DNA of 42,116 bases from a bacterium (GCA_963663405.2 CAXXSM010000003.1:1-42116), one strand, 5' to 3'; positions 18,925-29,894 are shown, counted from the stretch's first letter. The notes: generated by a model not told the origin, from the letters alone. A program made the numbers and translations.

Positions 18925-21900
18925 TTATTCCCGCTCAAAAATTTTCCACCCACTCACCGCCGTTCCATTTCTGCTCAGATAGACCGTCACAATCGTTTTT
19001 GTGAAACCCAGCGCCGCGAAATCCGGAATTCCATCCGCGTTCATATCCCCCGCTCTTGTTATGTGTGGCTTTGCGACGGTTTCGAATGCGATGGGCGTAT
19101 CGAAATCTTTGGCCAGGCGGATGGAAACCGAATTGTTGCTCTTTTGCGCGATGAGAAGATCGCCTCGTTCATCTCCGTCCATATCACGTAGCTGAATGTA
19201 TGAAGATTCTGCGGTGACTCCAATGGTTTTCATCCGGTTTAATCCTGGAGAACCGGCGCTGTAGAACAGATTGACGCCATATTTCCCCGCGTTGGCGACC
19301 GCAAAGTCGAGGTACTCGTCCTCATCGTAGAATCCAGGAGTCAGCATAAAGGGATCTTGACCCGCCTTCCGGCTTTTCTGCGGAAATAAGACACCTTCAT
19401 CGCGGATCGTATAAATCGTGATCTGAGCCAATGTTTTTCCAAGAACGAGCGCTTCAGTGCGCCCATCATTCTCTAGGTCGGTGATGAGGATATCCATTGT
19501 GTCACTGCCGAGATAGATCGTGCGTTCCTCACCGAAACCGCCTCCTTCGACACCCGGCAGGATAGAGAGCAGGCCTGCGAAATCTCCAACGGTGATAATA
19601 TCCGGAATCCCATCTCCTGTGTAATCGGCTAGATAAGACCGTTCCGGCTCATCGAGCAGGTCGTAACGGCTCCGCAGCGTCAATGCCTGATTGGAGGAAT
19701 AGTCAACGATCGCGACGTGCGGCTCCAGCCCTAATGAAAGCAGCAGCGGCGCCCCGGATTCATTGGTCAATGGGATGATGGAGCGTGGGAACGATTCTTC
19801 AACAAACCGCTGCGAAACATGAAGCGTCCGGTCTGGACGGTATTCGATCGTGATCAATTCATTCGTGGTTTCCGAAATCACGAACAGTTCATCTTCCCCA
19901 TCGCCATCCCCATCTACGAACGCAAGATCCCTCAACCCATCCGCCTTCACATCAATATCGATCCGCTCGTACCGGTCAAAGAATTCCGCGGGCGTAGCGG
20001 TCGGGGGTGGAGTCGGCGTCCAGGTAGGAACGGGGGTGTCAGTCAATGTTGGGATAGGCGTTCGCGTCCCTGTCGGAGCCGGCGTTTTCGTTGGTGTCGG
20101 TGTAGGCGTTGAAGTTAACGTTGGGACAAGAGTATTCGTCGCTGTTGGAATAGGCGTGTTAGTAGACGGCGCCGGTGTTCGGGTATTGGTCGCTGTCGGG
20201 ATGAGTGTATTCGTTGGCTCCGGCGTTGGGGTATTCGTTGGAATTGGTGTTTCAGTTGGCTCCAGTGTTGGGGTATTAGTTGGAGTGGGTGTTTTAGTTG
20301 GCTCCGGTGTTGGGGTATCCGTTGGAGTGGGTGTTTTAGTTGGCTCCGATGTTGGGGTATCCGTTGGAATTGGCGTTTCAGTCGGCTCCGGTGTTGGAGT
20401 ATTCGTTGGAATTGGCGTTTCAGTTGGCTCCGGTGTTGGAGTATTCGTTGGAATTGGCGTTTCAGTTGGTTCCGGTGTTGGAGTGTTCGTTGGAATTGGC
20501 GTTTCAGTTGGCTCCGGTGTTGGAGTATTCGTTGGAATTGGCGTTTCAGTTGGCTCCGGTGTTGGAGTATTCGTTGGAATTGGCGTTTCAGTTGGCTCCG
20601 GTGTTGGAGTATTCGTTGGAATTGGCGTTTCAGTTGGCTCCGGTGTTGGAGTATTCGTTGGAATTGGCGTTTCAGTTGGCTCCGGTGTTGGAGTATTCGT
20701 TGGAATTGGTATTTCAGTTGGTGTAGCTATTGTAGTTTCTTGCAAAAGCCAGCCCCAAGTTTTATTGTTAGATCTAAAAAAATATTCAAGAAGAATTATG
20801 TCTTTCCATTTGTCTCCATTAAGATCGGCAAATTGGATTTTCCCAGGTCTAATGAATCCTGTTTGATAGTTTAAAGGACCAAATGGAGTTCTATCAATAA
20901 ATTTCCCTTCTTCAGCTTTAGCAATAATAATTGTTGAGGGATTGGTTAATTCTTTTTGCGATGCATATATCTCCTTTTTCCCATCTTCATTTATATCACA
21001 TAATCCAAAACAATATGAATCGGTTCCAATATTGTATTCTGAGGAGCTCTTCGTGAATTTAAAATTGGGCGTTTGTAAATATAACTTAAGATTTGCAGTT
21101 AAAGGATAAGGACTATTATGTATGATGAGATCTAAATAATCATCATTATTTGTATCCATAAATCCAATATTGTAAGGAGCTTCAATTTCAGTATTTTCGT
21201 AAATAGGAGATCTATCAAAATGACCATTGTCGTTTCCTTTATAAATATAGATACCAGTAACATCTCCACTAGGTGTAGTATTTAAATAGCCATCATGTAG
21301 TAATAATGTAAGATCATTTATTCCATCACCATCAATATCTTTTAAAACCATTTTTTCTGTTGTTACTGAACCTGTATTTAATGGATCAATTTCTGTTTCT
21401 ATTGTTTCAAATGTATTATCACTCTTATTAAATAGTTGATAAATAGCACATCCATCTTGACCTTGAATTGTTGATATAGGATTGATAAGTATATCAGTAA
21501 ATCCATCATTATTCGTATCACCAACTTCTATTTTTAGCGGTGAAGAACCTTGAGATTTATTATCAAATATTAGAACTCTCTTTTTGATTGTTAAATTTAG
21601 TTCTTCAAAATATAATATTTGGACTGATTTGATAGATGAATTGTCACTTGAATTTGTTACAGCAGTGAATATCAATTCTAGCGGACCTTCATTGTCAATG
21701 TTCGCAGCTAATACTTGATACGGTTTATCATTACCAAGGGGAAATCGTAAAGATTCATTATCTGTATTATGAACCGTAAAATCTTTAATAATTACTATTT
21801 CTTTATCATTAGGACACGCAAAGATAATTTCAGGGATTTCATTACCATCCAAATCCTGGACTAAGAAATCGCGAATATAAGAAACATTTTCTAATGTTTT

Positions 21901-22047
21901 ACTTTCGAAGTATCCAAACATTGGCCCACCTTCTTGTTCAGAATAGGGCACCAAAATTGGCTCATCTTCCTGCCCCCAAACCCATCCCGGAAATACGCCA
22001 AACGCTGCGATTATCCACACAAAAACAGCAAAACTATATCGTTTCAT
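18925..22047 (-). CDS. Large secreted FG-GAP/VCBS-repeat protein with a Pro/Thr-rich linker
   Basis: Signal peptide from ATG 22047. Two blocks of DxDGDGxxD Ca-binding repeats separated by a ([14 protein letters not shown])n linker. Confidence 0.85.
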   Translation of the reverse strand: MKRYSFAVFVWIIAAFGVFPGWVWGQEDEPILVPYSEQEGGPMFGYFESKTLENVSYIRDFLVQDLDGNEIPEIIFACPNDKEIVIIKDFTVHNTDNESLRFPLGNDKPYQVLAANIDNEGPLELIFTAVTNSSDNSSIKSVQILYFEELNLTIKKRVLIFDNKSQGSSPLKIEVGDTNNDGFTDILINPISTIQGQDGCAIYQLFNKSDNTFETIETEIDPLNTGSVTTEKMVLKDIDGDGINDLTLLLHDGYLNTTPSGDVTGIYIYKGNDNGHFDRSPIYENTEIEAPYNIGFMDTNNDDYLDLIIHNSPYPLTANLKLYLQTPNFKFTKSSSEYNIGTDSYCFGLCDINEDGKKEIYASQKELTNPSTIIIAKAEEGKFIDRTPFGPLNYQTGFIRPGKIQFADLNGDKWKDIILLEYFFRSNNKTWGWLLQETTIATPTEIPIPTNTPTPEPTETPIPTNTPTPEPTETPIPTNTPTPEPTETPIPTNTPTPEPTETPIPTNTPTPEPTETPIPTNTPTPEPTETPIPTNTPTPEPTETPIPTNTPTPEPTETPIPTDTPTSEPTKTPTPTDTPTPEPTKTPTPTNTPTLEPTETPIPTNTPTPEPTNTLIPTATNTRTPAPSTNTPIPTATNTLVPTLTSTPTPTPTKTPAPTGTRTPIPTLTDTPVPTWTPTPPPTATPAEFFDRYERIDIDVKADGLRDLAFVDGDGDGEDELFVISETTNELITIEYRPDRTLHVSQRFVEESFPRSIIPLTNESGAPLLLSLGLEPHVAIVDYSSNQALTLRSRYDLLDEPERSYLADYTGDGIPDIITVGDFAGLLSILPGVEGGGFGEERTIYLGSDTMDILITDLENDGRTEALVLGKTLAQITIYTIRDEGVLFPQKSRKAGQDPFMLTPGFYDEDEYLDFAVANAGKYGVNLFYSAGSPGLNRMKTIGVTAESSYIQLRDMDGDERGDLLIAQKSNNSVSIRLAKDFDTPIAFETVAKPHITRAGDMNADGIPDFAALGFTKTIVTVYLSRNGTAVSGWKIFERE
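20200..20703 (-). repeat. 42-bp coding tandem repeat (8 near-perfect + 4 degenerate units; [14 protein letters not shown])
   Basis: Unit GTTGGAATTGGCGTTTCAGTTGGCTCCGGTGTTGGAGTATTC repeated head to tail with no spacers. Confidence 0.95.
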
Positions 22048-22147
22048 CGGTTGTTTACACTCAATTTGTTGGAATTTAATGGTGTCGCGTATACTCAGTA
22101 TATTACAAGTGCCGCAAAACAACTACTTTTTCCGTATCTAATCCAAT

Positions 22148-22171
22148 AAAAAAGTCTCCCAACTGGGAGAC
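22148..22171 (-). terminator. Intrinsic terminator after fliS
   Basis: Minus strand GTCTCCC-agtt-GGGAGAC-TTTTTT. Confidence 0.75.
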
Positions 22172-22211
22172 CATGAAAGGAGAATTGTTTTTTCTGTTTT
22201 AAAAAGGGTGG

Positions 22212-22742
22212 TTAACCACGGATATTCAACCGCGGACGCTGTTTTTCTTCCGGGGCAGGTTTGGATACAGCCGGTTTGGCGATACGGGCGGCGGCTTGCG
22301 AGGCGATGACGCCGATGGACCGAGTCTGTGGGGCTGTCCCTGTGGATATCTCTCGTTCCTCATTGAACTTCTCCACGGCTTTGGTCCAACCCTGGCGCAG
22401 TTCCTCCACGATAGGAAGCACCTCATCGATCATTTTAACATCTTGCTTGATGTTGGCTTTCACCAAGTGGTGATAGACAAAGTCGTAGATGCGAAGAAGG
22501 TTTTCCGCGATCTCACCGCCCTGTTGAAAATCGAGGGCGACCATCAATTCGGTGAAAATGCGCTGGACTTTTGTTAATTCCGTATGCGCTTTTTCGATTT
22601 CCTTCGCGGGAATGGCTCGTTTCGCGATATGGAGTTTTTTTACCGCCGCGTCGAAAAGCATAAGCAGGAGCTGCGGTTGACTCGCGGTTTCAATACGTGT
22701 TTTTAGATACTGTTGTTGAGGATCAGCCAAATTTGTAACCAC
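22212..22742 (-). CDS. fliS: Flagellar export chaperone FliS, with a C-terminal extension
   Basis: Y.KT.IETASQPQLLLMLFDAA, KVQRIFTELMVALD..GGEIAENL..IYDF, L.KANI, ELRQGW. GTG start 7 nt after AGGAG. Confidence 0.9.
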   Translation of the reverse strand: MVTNLADPQQQYLKTRIETASQPQLLLMLFDAAVKKLHIAKRAIPAKEIEKAHTELTKVQRIFTELMVALDFQQGGEIAENLLRIYDFVYHHLVKANIKQDVKMIDEVLPIVEELRQGWTKAVEKFNEEREISTGTAPQTRSIGVIASQAAARIAKPAVSKPAPEEKQRPRLNIRG

Positions 22743-22878
22743 CAAGTATCTCCTACGGTTTTTCAATAGAAAAAATATTGCTCATTTTATTAATTGTAGC
22801 ACGAATGATTCCGTGAATCAATTTTTCTATGCTCTATTGCTCCCGTTTAAGACACGGGCGCTGGTTTGTTCCTGTTTA

Positions 22879-25215
22879 TCAACCGGCGGCTAATTCCTGT
22901 GTTAGATAATCACTGATTTGCTGCGATTCAGAAAGCGCGACCTCCATTGCGGTAAATCGTTGTCGCAGTGTCGCTTCCATCGCTGCCGCCCGGTCTTCGT
23001 ATCGTTCGATCTGTTCGTTAAGACTATCGATCCGGTCCTGGATGCCATCCGTAGTCACATCCAAAATCCCCGTGTTATAGGCGGTGAAGGTATCAAGGGT
23101 ATCCGATAAATAATCTGAAAAACCGATATCCGCGGCTGTAAAGATATTCTTGACAAGTTCGGGATTCTCATTCAAGGCGGCTTGGAAATCGGTGCTGTTA
23201 TAGGTCAGAGTTCCCGCCGTTGAAAGGGAGATCCCGATCGAGGCCAAACTGCTGGCGCCGCCTTCGCTGATGATGCTGCCCGCGATTTGATCTCCATAGA
23301 TGGCGCTTTTTATCCCTAAATCTTTCGCCGTCGTTCCACTTCCATATTCCTCGATCTTGAATTGACCTGTGCCGCCGGATTCATCGATAATGTTGATTGA
23401 ACGCCCGCCCGCGTTGATTTCCGCGCGTACGCTGACATCAGTATTATAATTAATCTCATCCAGAACGTCTTGAATGGTCTCGACATTGGAAAGGTCTATC
23501 GTCGCGGATACTCCAGACCGGTCGGTGATGACAATACTTCCAAAATCGATCCCGGCGCCATCGTTCAACTCTTCCACTTTAACGGATGGCATCGTGAGAA
23601 TTGAGCGGCTGATCGTACTGGATAAGGCGCTTTCCAATCGCCGGATTGTGGAATTCCCAAATAAAATCCCGTTTTCTTCTCCCTCGGGATCGTAATAGGT
23701 TTGATCGGCGATTAGTTCCGCCAGACTATTAAAGGCCGACACAAAATCTTCGACTACAGATGTGACTTGTGAGAGGTCTTCTTCAATCGATATATTGACA
23801 ACCGAACTGCTCTCATTGACCAGAGCCAATGAAACTCCATCTCTCAAATCGGTGATGAGATTCGTTTGACGGTTGACAGTCACTCCGTTGTATTTAAATT
23901 GTGAATTTTCCCCTTGCTGATCCACATTTTTAAACAGATTATCGACAATTCCAAGGGTTTTTAAAACATTATCTGGATCGCTGGTGAAAAGGGGAACGCC
24001 GGAATCACTACTGATTTCCAGGCGGGATGCGCCTCCCACGGTGATGACCTGGGCGGAGATATCAGAACTCCCGGCGGAGGCGGTGACGGCGTCGTTGATC
24101 GCGTCGGCGATATCTTCCAGCGAATCCGAATCAAGATCGACAGTCACATCAATCGAAAAACTGGAATCCCCATTGGTTAATTGGAAGGTGGATTCGCTGG
24201 TCTCTCCTAATCCCATTAAATCGCCAACGGAAAGCACGGATGAAGAGAGTTCCTCACTCTGAATGCCGGATAATACTCCAAGATTCGTCAAGACGGAATC
24301 CGGATCATCAAACTGGGTGGGAATGCCTGTATCGCTGGTGATGAGCAACCGTTCATCGCCACTTGCGTCTGATGTATCGACATAGGCGTGGATGTTGGTG
24401 CCAGCGGCGGCGGCGTTGATCTCATCCCGGATGTCATATAAGGTTTTCCCAGCGCCTGCGAGTGTGACATCCACACTATATTGTCCCCCCGCGTCGTAAA
24501 TCGTGAATGTTTCCCCCCCCGCGTCATAATCGAAGGTTTGTCCAACCGTAAAGAGATCTCCGATCGCGCCATAGCTGTTCGCGTTAACGGTATGATCATA
24601 ATCGACATCCGATGTGATCAATCCCAACGACTCAAGTACCCCATCCGTTCCAACTTCCCGCATTTCGAGTTGATTGACGCCCGCGCTGGCGGCGCTGACG
24701 AGTAGTTTATATTGGTTGGATGAGATCTGCAGAACGGATGCGTTCGCGTTTGTGCTGGAACCGTTGATTTTTGAGGCGATGGAAGTGAGGGTATCTGTTT
24801 CCGTGACCGATAAGAGCTGACCATTGACGATAAATTCCCCGGTTAGCCCTAATTCATCGGTTGGATTAGAATAGATATCCGAAGAGATTTGTTCGACTTG
24901 CGCCAGATTCTCTACCTGTATGGTGAAACTTCCAGTTGAAGCGGAACTGCTGGCGGAAACGGTTACAATGCTTTCATCGGAGCTAGCCGCTTGCTTTCCG
25001 TTAAACAAGCCAACGGAACCAAGGCTTTCTCCCGCGACTCCTAGTCCCAAGACACTCGCGTTGACCGCTTGAAACGATGCGAGTTCGAGAGTATAGGTTT
25101 CAATCCGGCTTTCAAGCTGCTTAACGGGCGCGCGGGCCTGTATATCCAGAATTGACTCGATCAATTCCGTTGTATTAAATCCGGATATTAAACCTTCAAT
25201 CGCGAAATTCGTCAT
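22879..25215 (-). CDS. fliD: Flagellar filament cap protein FliD (long form, 778 aa)
   Basis: GLISGFNTTELIESIL N-terminus, VENLAQ, NGVTVNRQTN.ITD..DGVSLAL, FVSAFN, G.LFGNS, L.SIGIS, C-terminal LRQRFTAME. Confidence 0.92.
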   Translation of the reverse strand: MTNFAIEGLISGFNTTELIESILDIQARAPVKQLESRIETYTLELASFQAVNASVLGLGVAGESLGSVGLFNGKQAASSDESIVTVSASSSASTGSFTIQVENLAQVEQISSDIYSNPTDELGLTGEFIVNGQLLSVTETDTLTSIASKINGSSTNANASVLQISSNQYKLLVSAASAGVNQLEMREVGTDGVLESLGLITSDVDYDHTVNANSYGAIGDLFTVGQTFDYDAGGETFTIYDAGGQYSVDVTLAGAGKTLYDIRDEINAAAAGTNIHAYVDTSDASGDERLLITSDTGIPTQFDDPDSVLTNLGVLSGIQSEELSSSVLSVGDLMGLGETSESTFQLTNGDSSFSIDVTVDLDSDSLEDIADAINDAVTASAGSSDISAQVITVGGASRLEISSDSGVPLFTSDPDNVLKTLGIVDNLFKNVDQQGENSQFKYNGVTVNRQTNLITDLRDGVSLALVNESSSVVNISIEEDLSQVTSVVEDFVSAFNSLAELIADQTYYDPEGEENGILFGNSTIRRLESALSSTISRSILTMPSVKVEELNDGAGIDFGSIVITDRSGVSATIDLSNVETIQDVLDEINYNTDVSVRAEINAGGRSINIIDESGGTGQFKIEEYGSGTTAKDLGIKSAIYGDQIAGSIISEGGASSLASIGISLSTAGTLTYNSTDFQAALNENPELVKNIFTAADIGFSDYLSDTLDTFTAYNTGILDVTTDGIQDRIDSLNEQIERYEDRAAAMEATLRQRFTAMEVALSESQQISDYLTQELAAG

Positions 25216-25449
25216 GATTCCATCAAAGCCTCCCAGCCCAAAGCGGTATCAATCCAATACCCATCAATTCGGCGCGAGCCAAAAAACAATTGGAAATACA
25301 AAAAAAAATCGATGGTAATTGATTCCAGCAAGCCTGAATGCAGATAGAAAAATGCACAGAAAACTTCTCTTGGCTCTATTAATTTAGTAGAGCCACCATA
25401 TCGCATTCGGCGGTTTGACAGCATGTCATTCGAGACCATCTTTTTATCG

Positions 25450-25476
25450 TTATCGACCAAAGAGAATAAAGATTGA
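25450..25476 (-). promoter_or_regulatory. Sigma28 (FliA)-type promoter for fliD-fliS
   Basis: Minus strand TCAA-N15-GTCGATAA versus consensus TAAA-N15-GCCGATAA. Confidence 0.7.
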
Positions 25477-25861
25477 GTTTTCAACACAAAATCACCCTGA
25501 TTTTATCATTTTTTTATGGAGCGTAAAACAAAATTACATTTCGCAACATATATGTGAAAAGGAGACTAGGAAAAATTTGCTTTTAATTATTCTTCTCACG
25601 AATCTGTAAGCGATTGCATTTGATAATAAAACCAACTGATATAAATGAATTTATGGAAACTCAACTATAAATCCCGCCGATCAATGGAAGTGGATGTTTG
25701 GTATAAAAGAAGCAAAAGATGGACCAAATAAATAGTTATAGACAGAGGAGTTTAGTAAAATAATGACAGTAACGCGTTCTATATTGGCAGGATCAATAGA
25801 ACAGAACGCTATTCAAGGACGGTATGTCTAGAATATGTACAAGTCTCTGGGGAAAAAGCAC

Positions 25862-26290
25862 TTATGCTTTGTTGTCATACATCAGGCCCATCGTCTTTTG
25901 AATTTTTTCGGTGATTTTACGTACCTCTTCCGGAGGAACTTCCCGAATCACTTCTTGGGTTTCTTTATCAATGATCATGATCGATGTTTCTTCCGAATCA
26001 TGATCGACGGAAATATGCAACCGGCGCGAGGACGCTTCTGGTTCAACCTCCGTTTCTGAATCAACCGGATCGCTAGACCTGCTGTTAGTATTCTTCCAAC
26101 CGGTCACTTCTTGATTTTCTCGTCGAGTGGTCTTCTCCTCGAGGATCATAGACACAACCGTATTGGGCACTGGGGCGTCTGCCTTCTCAATGGATGAAGG
26201 CGCGTGATCCTTTGCTTCCGGAACCCGTTCATCCGTTAAGACGACGCCCGCCGCTCGTGGACTATGAGAAGCAATTGCGCCGACTTGCAT
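25862..26290 (-). CDS. flaG: Flagellar protein FlaG
   Basis: C-terminal RRLHISVD...IMIIDKETQEVIREVPPEEV..I...I....GLMYDNKA. Lies between flagellin and fliD. Confidence 0.88.
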   Translation of the reverse strand: MQVGAIASHSPRAAGVVLTDERVPEAKDHAPSSIEKADAPVPNTVVSMILEEKTTRRENQEVTGWKNTNSRSSDPVDSETEVEPEASSRRLHISVDHDSEETSIMIIDKETQEVIREVPPEEVRKITEKIQKTMGLMYDNKA

Positions 26291-26375
26291 GATTCATTCA
26301 CCTTTCTAACAACAGCGGGATCGAAGACACCTCATTCAATCCTAGTGTTGATTTTCTTTCTGTTTGATTTCCATT

Positions 26376-26408
26376 CGCTGGGAAGTGGAATGGATCCACT
26401 TCCCAGCG
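26376..26408 (-). terminator. Perfect 14-bp hairpin after flagellin 1 (no U-tract; stabiliser or partial terminator)
   Basis: CGCTGGGAAGTGGA-atgga-TCCACTTCCCAGCG. Confidence 0.6.
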
Positions 26409-26430
26409 TGATTCATTCAAGTAAGACGTT

Positions 26431-29028
26431 TTATCCCAGAAGGGCTAAGAATCCCTGACTTGTGAAGTTCGACTGGGCCAGCACGGAGAGACCCGATTGC
26501 AACAAGACTTGGTTTGTCGCATACTCGGTGGACTCTTTCGCAATATCCACATCGCGGATTCTCGATTCGGAAGCCGTCAAGTTTTCCGAAGAAACGCTCA
26601 TATTGGAGATTGCGGCTTCGAGGCGGTTCGTCGCCGCGCCGAGAATGGACCGTGTTTTATTGACCTGCGCTAAGGCTTCATCAATAATACGGATACTTTC
26701 ATTCGCGCCGTTCAGAGTCGTGACATCGATATCCGCGACCGTGCGGCCGCTGCCCCGTCCAAAACCAAGGTTTTCAGAAGTCAGATCACCGATCGCCGCG
26801 GTGAAGGATTGTTCCGAAAAGGCGCCAACGTGGAAATTCATCGAAGTATTCACGGTGGAGATAATAATCGTCCGGCCTGTATCGACGAGTCCGTCTGTCC
26901 GCTGCGTAACATCGAGAACTCCATCGAAGTCCACCGTGACAAACCGGGCAACCCCTCGATTACCGCCACTATTTCCATCAATGAAGACTACGTCTTGATT
27001 CCCGTTTTGGAAGGTGACTTTTTCACCCCCGTTCAACTGACCGACGAATTCACTCGGTGTGGCTTCCAGTTTGTCCACGCCTTTCGCAAAACCGCTCCCG
27101 ACCCGGAAGGTGACTTTCGGTTGAGCAACTCCTTGGATAGTTGATTCTTCACCAACCAGTGTGACCATTTGACCCGCTTCCGCCCGCACTTCTTCCCCAC
27201 CGGCGATGCGGAATGTAGCCGACTCGGCGAAACCTTCCCGAGTTAATACACCATCGTCTTGGAAAGTGTATTTGTTCGTGCTTGACGCCGCGCTGTTAAA
27301 TGTCAGCGTAAACTGCATTTCTGAATCGGAACGGCCGATATCGTCGACCAATTGCAAGACTCCGGACGAAGTAAAAGTAAAGAGCGCGTCTTCAAAGCGG
27401 GATTGGACACCATCCGCAAGGCCAATCGTATTATTCGTCACCGTGTAATCCCGCGTGCGGTAATTCAGTTCTTGAATCAAGCCGGAGATGGAACGGAAAC
27501 TGAAATCGTTTAGATTCGTGTCCACTTCGTTCTGGTTCCCGGCGGTGTCTGTATTGTCAAAGGTAAACGCCGCTTCGAACGTTGTCCCATCCGCGTTTGT
27601 GCCGGCTAGCGTGATTGTATCGCCGCTTTGCAGAGTCGTGCCACCCGTGTAAATCCCTTCCACAAACGCTCCGTTAATGACCAAGGATTTTGTGCCTGTC
27701 CCCGTAATGGATGCCGTGCGGCTCATAATAGCGCCATTGCCATCGTAGAACGTAATGGTGCTTTCCATCTTTTTCGCCTGGGCGGCTTGGACGTTGTAGA
27801 CTTCAATGTCAAATTGACCGACGCCGAAGGTGGAGCCGGTAATGGAGGAAATGGTGTTTCCAATTTGACCGGCTCCGGAGAGAGCCGAATCTATCCCGAT
27901 CGCGCCTGACCGGGTTACGCCATTGGACTGACTTACAAAATTACTGTCCCGGAGCAGGGTGATATTGATGCTGGATTCATTGGTATAGTTCCCATCATTG
28001 AAGAACAACAAGCGGCCTATATTAGCTCCGGCGCCCAGAGAGACCGTTGTCCGGAACGCGGTGGGGACACTGGCGGTTGTTGTCACGCCAAAGAGAGCCT
28101 TTTCCGCTTGATCGATCGCCCGGTTGATTGTGCCAATCAGTGAAGTCGCCGCATCCGTCGCGGCGGTATCTGTCGCTACACCCATCACTGTCTGACCGCT
28201 CAAACTCAACGTTCCATTGAACTTTGTCACTCCATCAGACAGAACTCCTTCAAACGTGAAGACGTCGTAGACGCCGCTTCCCGCATGAGCGGAAATCGAG
28301 ACGCCATTAAAGAAAATACCGCTCACACTATCAGTCGCGTCCGCCCCACTGCCTCCAAACAATTGGGCGTCGGAGAAATGGGCCATACTCACTGCGATGT
28401 CCGTCTGATTGCGGATTCCTGTGTTGAGGGTTTGAATTTCCCCCACTCCGTCCCCTGCGATGATCTGAGTGGTTCCCGTATTTGTTCGGACAATATTCAG
28501 AAAGGATTTTCCGCTGGCGAGCGTACTGGCGACTGGTGAGGCGTCGATGCTTAAACCGATCTCTTCCTGGCCATCGATCGTATTGGTTGTGATGGAAAAA
28601 TCACCATTCAACAGGAAATTGCTGGTGAACTGGGTGGTATTGGCGATTCGAGTGATTTCGTCAATACTCTGGAACACCTCATCCTGCAAAGCGCGGCGGG
28701 CGTTGAGATCGTTGACCGCCGTATTCGCCGCCTGGATCGAGAGCTGACGGATCCGGTTCAAACGGGTTGTGGTTTCTTCCAAGGCGCCTTCCGCGACATT
28801 AATCAAGTTGATGCCGCTGGAAGCGTTATCAACGGCTTGATCTAATCCTTGGACCTGGGTGCGAAGATTGTTTGCTACGCTCAATCCGGCGGCGTCATCT
28901 CCTGCACGGTTGATGCGAAGTCCAGACGATAAGCGTTCGATGCTCTTTGAAAGAGAGCGTTGGGTGTTATTTAAATTCCGGTTGGCGTTCAGAGACGCAA
29001 TATTGTTGACAACTCTTGAAATACTCAT
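26431..29028 (-). CDS. fliC: Flagellin 1 (865 aa, very large central domain)
   Basis: MSISRVVNNIASL...SIERLSSGLRINRAGDDAAGL and C-terminal RSILGA.TNRLE...SESRIRDVDIAKE...QVLLQSGLSVLAQSN. ATG at 29028 after AAGGAGG. Confidence 0.95.
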   Translation of the reverse strand: MSISRVVNNIASLNANRNLNNTQRSLSKSIERLSSGLRINRAGDDAAGLSVANNLRTQVQGLDQAVDNASSGINLINVAEGALEETTTRLNRIRQLSIQAANTAVNDLNARRALQDEVFQSIDEITRIANTTQFTSNFLLNGDFSITTNTIDGQEEIGLSIDASPVASTLASGKSFLNIVRTNTGTTQIIAGDGVGEIQTLNTGIRNQTDIAVSMAHFSDAQLFGGSGADATDSVSGIFFNGVSISAHAGSGVYDVFTFEGVLSDGVTKFNGTLSLSGQTVMGVATDTAATDAATSLIGTINRAIDQAEKALFGVTTTASVPTAFRTTVSLGAGANIGRLLFFNDGNYTNESSINITLLRDSNFVSQSNGVTRSGAIGIDSALSGAGQIGNTISSITGSTFGVGQFDIEVYNVQAAQAKKMESTITFYDGNGAIMSRTASITGTGTKSLVINGAFVEGIYTGGTTLQSGDTITLAGTNADGTTFEAAFTFDNTDTAGNQNEVDTNLNDFSFRSISGLIQELNYRTRDYTVTNNTIGLADGVQSRFEDALFTFTSSGVLQLVDDIGRSDSEMQFTLTFNSAASSTNKYTFQDDGVLTREGFAESATFRIAGGEEVRAEAGQMVTLVGEESTIQGVAQPKVTFRVGSGFAKGVDKLEATPSEFVGQLNGGEKVTFQNGNQDVVFIDGNSGGNRGVARFVTVDFDGVLDVTQRTDGLVDTGRTIIISTVNTSMNFHVGAFSEQSFTAAIGDLTSENLGFGRGSGRTVADIDVTTLNGANESIRIIDEALAQVNKTRSILGAATNRLEAAISNMSVSSENLTASESRIRDVDIAKESTEYATNQVLLQSGLSVLAQSNFTSQGFLALLG

Positions 29029-29049
29029 TCTTCTTCCTCCTTGAAAAAG

Positions 29050-29073
29050 CGATTCGGCTTCCCTGCCGAATCG
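29050..29073 (-). promoter_or_regulatory. CsrA-type hairpin in the flagellin 1 leader
   Basis: CGATTCGGC-AGGGAA-GCCGAATCG just upstream of the SD. Confidence 0.7.
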
Positions 29074-29521
29074 TGTGACCATGAGGGTGCGATTTTGGTC
29101 ACAACAGGTTCATTTTGGGTGCGATGGTTGAATACTTTTTTCCACTCGAAACAGTTTAATCTCTAGTACAGCGGATGCGGCCGCTTTTTTATAGAGACTT
29201 GTTTCGGTTGGAAGCGGGGAGTATTCACCCCGAGTTGTCCATATAATTCCTTCGTTTCACAGGTTGTCAGCCTCGGGCGCCACTCCGGCGCGGAAGGATT
29301 TCTATGTTGTCTTCGTAACTTTCCTCTCTCCTTTCCTCACTCTCCTTATTAATAAATCAAACCGTTATTGATTTAAATTCTGGTATCTGCATCGTCCTTC
29401 ATGTACATTCGACTTTGCGGAAATCCAACATTACATGAAAATATTTTGTGAGACAAAATTTCTAGTTGACTTTGATAGAATCTATTACATATTTGTTGAA
29501 CATGGAAATAGACATTAGGTA

Positions 29522-29549
29522 ATATCGTCCACTTTCCCGATTTTCTTGA
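29522..29549 (-). promoter_or_regulatory. Candidate sigma28 promoter for flagellin 1
   Basis: Minus strand TCAA-N16-GACGATAT; spacer is 1 nt longer than consensus. Confidence 0.5.
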
Positions 29550-29894
29550 GTAAATTTTGCCTAGTGACACGAGCTGAACAGGAGGAATTTGCCTACTTAT
29601 TTATCAATTTTTCATTGAAATTACACGATTTATTAACTAATGGTGTATAAATTCTAGTATAAATTGTCCTGATCTGGTTTGACCTGACATCCGCAAATGT
29701 TGCTTATTCACTGTTTGGTGAAGCTATTTATAATAAGGTTTTTATTATTTCTTGTACGGGTGTGATATTCGTATTCCATCATTTCAGTATCTTTACTCTT
29801 CCATTCATTTACATTATTTTTCGTGTGATAAGGGATACGCCAGAATCTTGTCTGGATTAAAAAGTATCCTTCAATCCAATGCGGAGCGAATCGT

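Noticed and set aside
20200-20703. CRISPR array
   Set aside because: Head-to-tail in-frame coding repeat with no unique spacers and no cas genes.
19850-20866. Plus-strand 338-aa VG-rich ORF and 128-aa [13 protein letters not shown]
   Set aside because: Antisense shadows of the 42-bp Pro/Thr repeat in the FG-GAP gene.
25212-25609. Short ORFs upstream of fliD, and similar ORFs at 8063-8386, 17137-17490 and 29373-29570
   Set aside because: No SD or recognisable motif. They overlap promoter regions or better-supported genes.
29300-29340. RNase P RNA (GAGGAAAGT)
   Set aside because: Reads GAGGAAAGTTAC rather than GAGGAAAGTCC, and the other conserved regions are absent.
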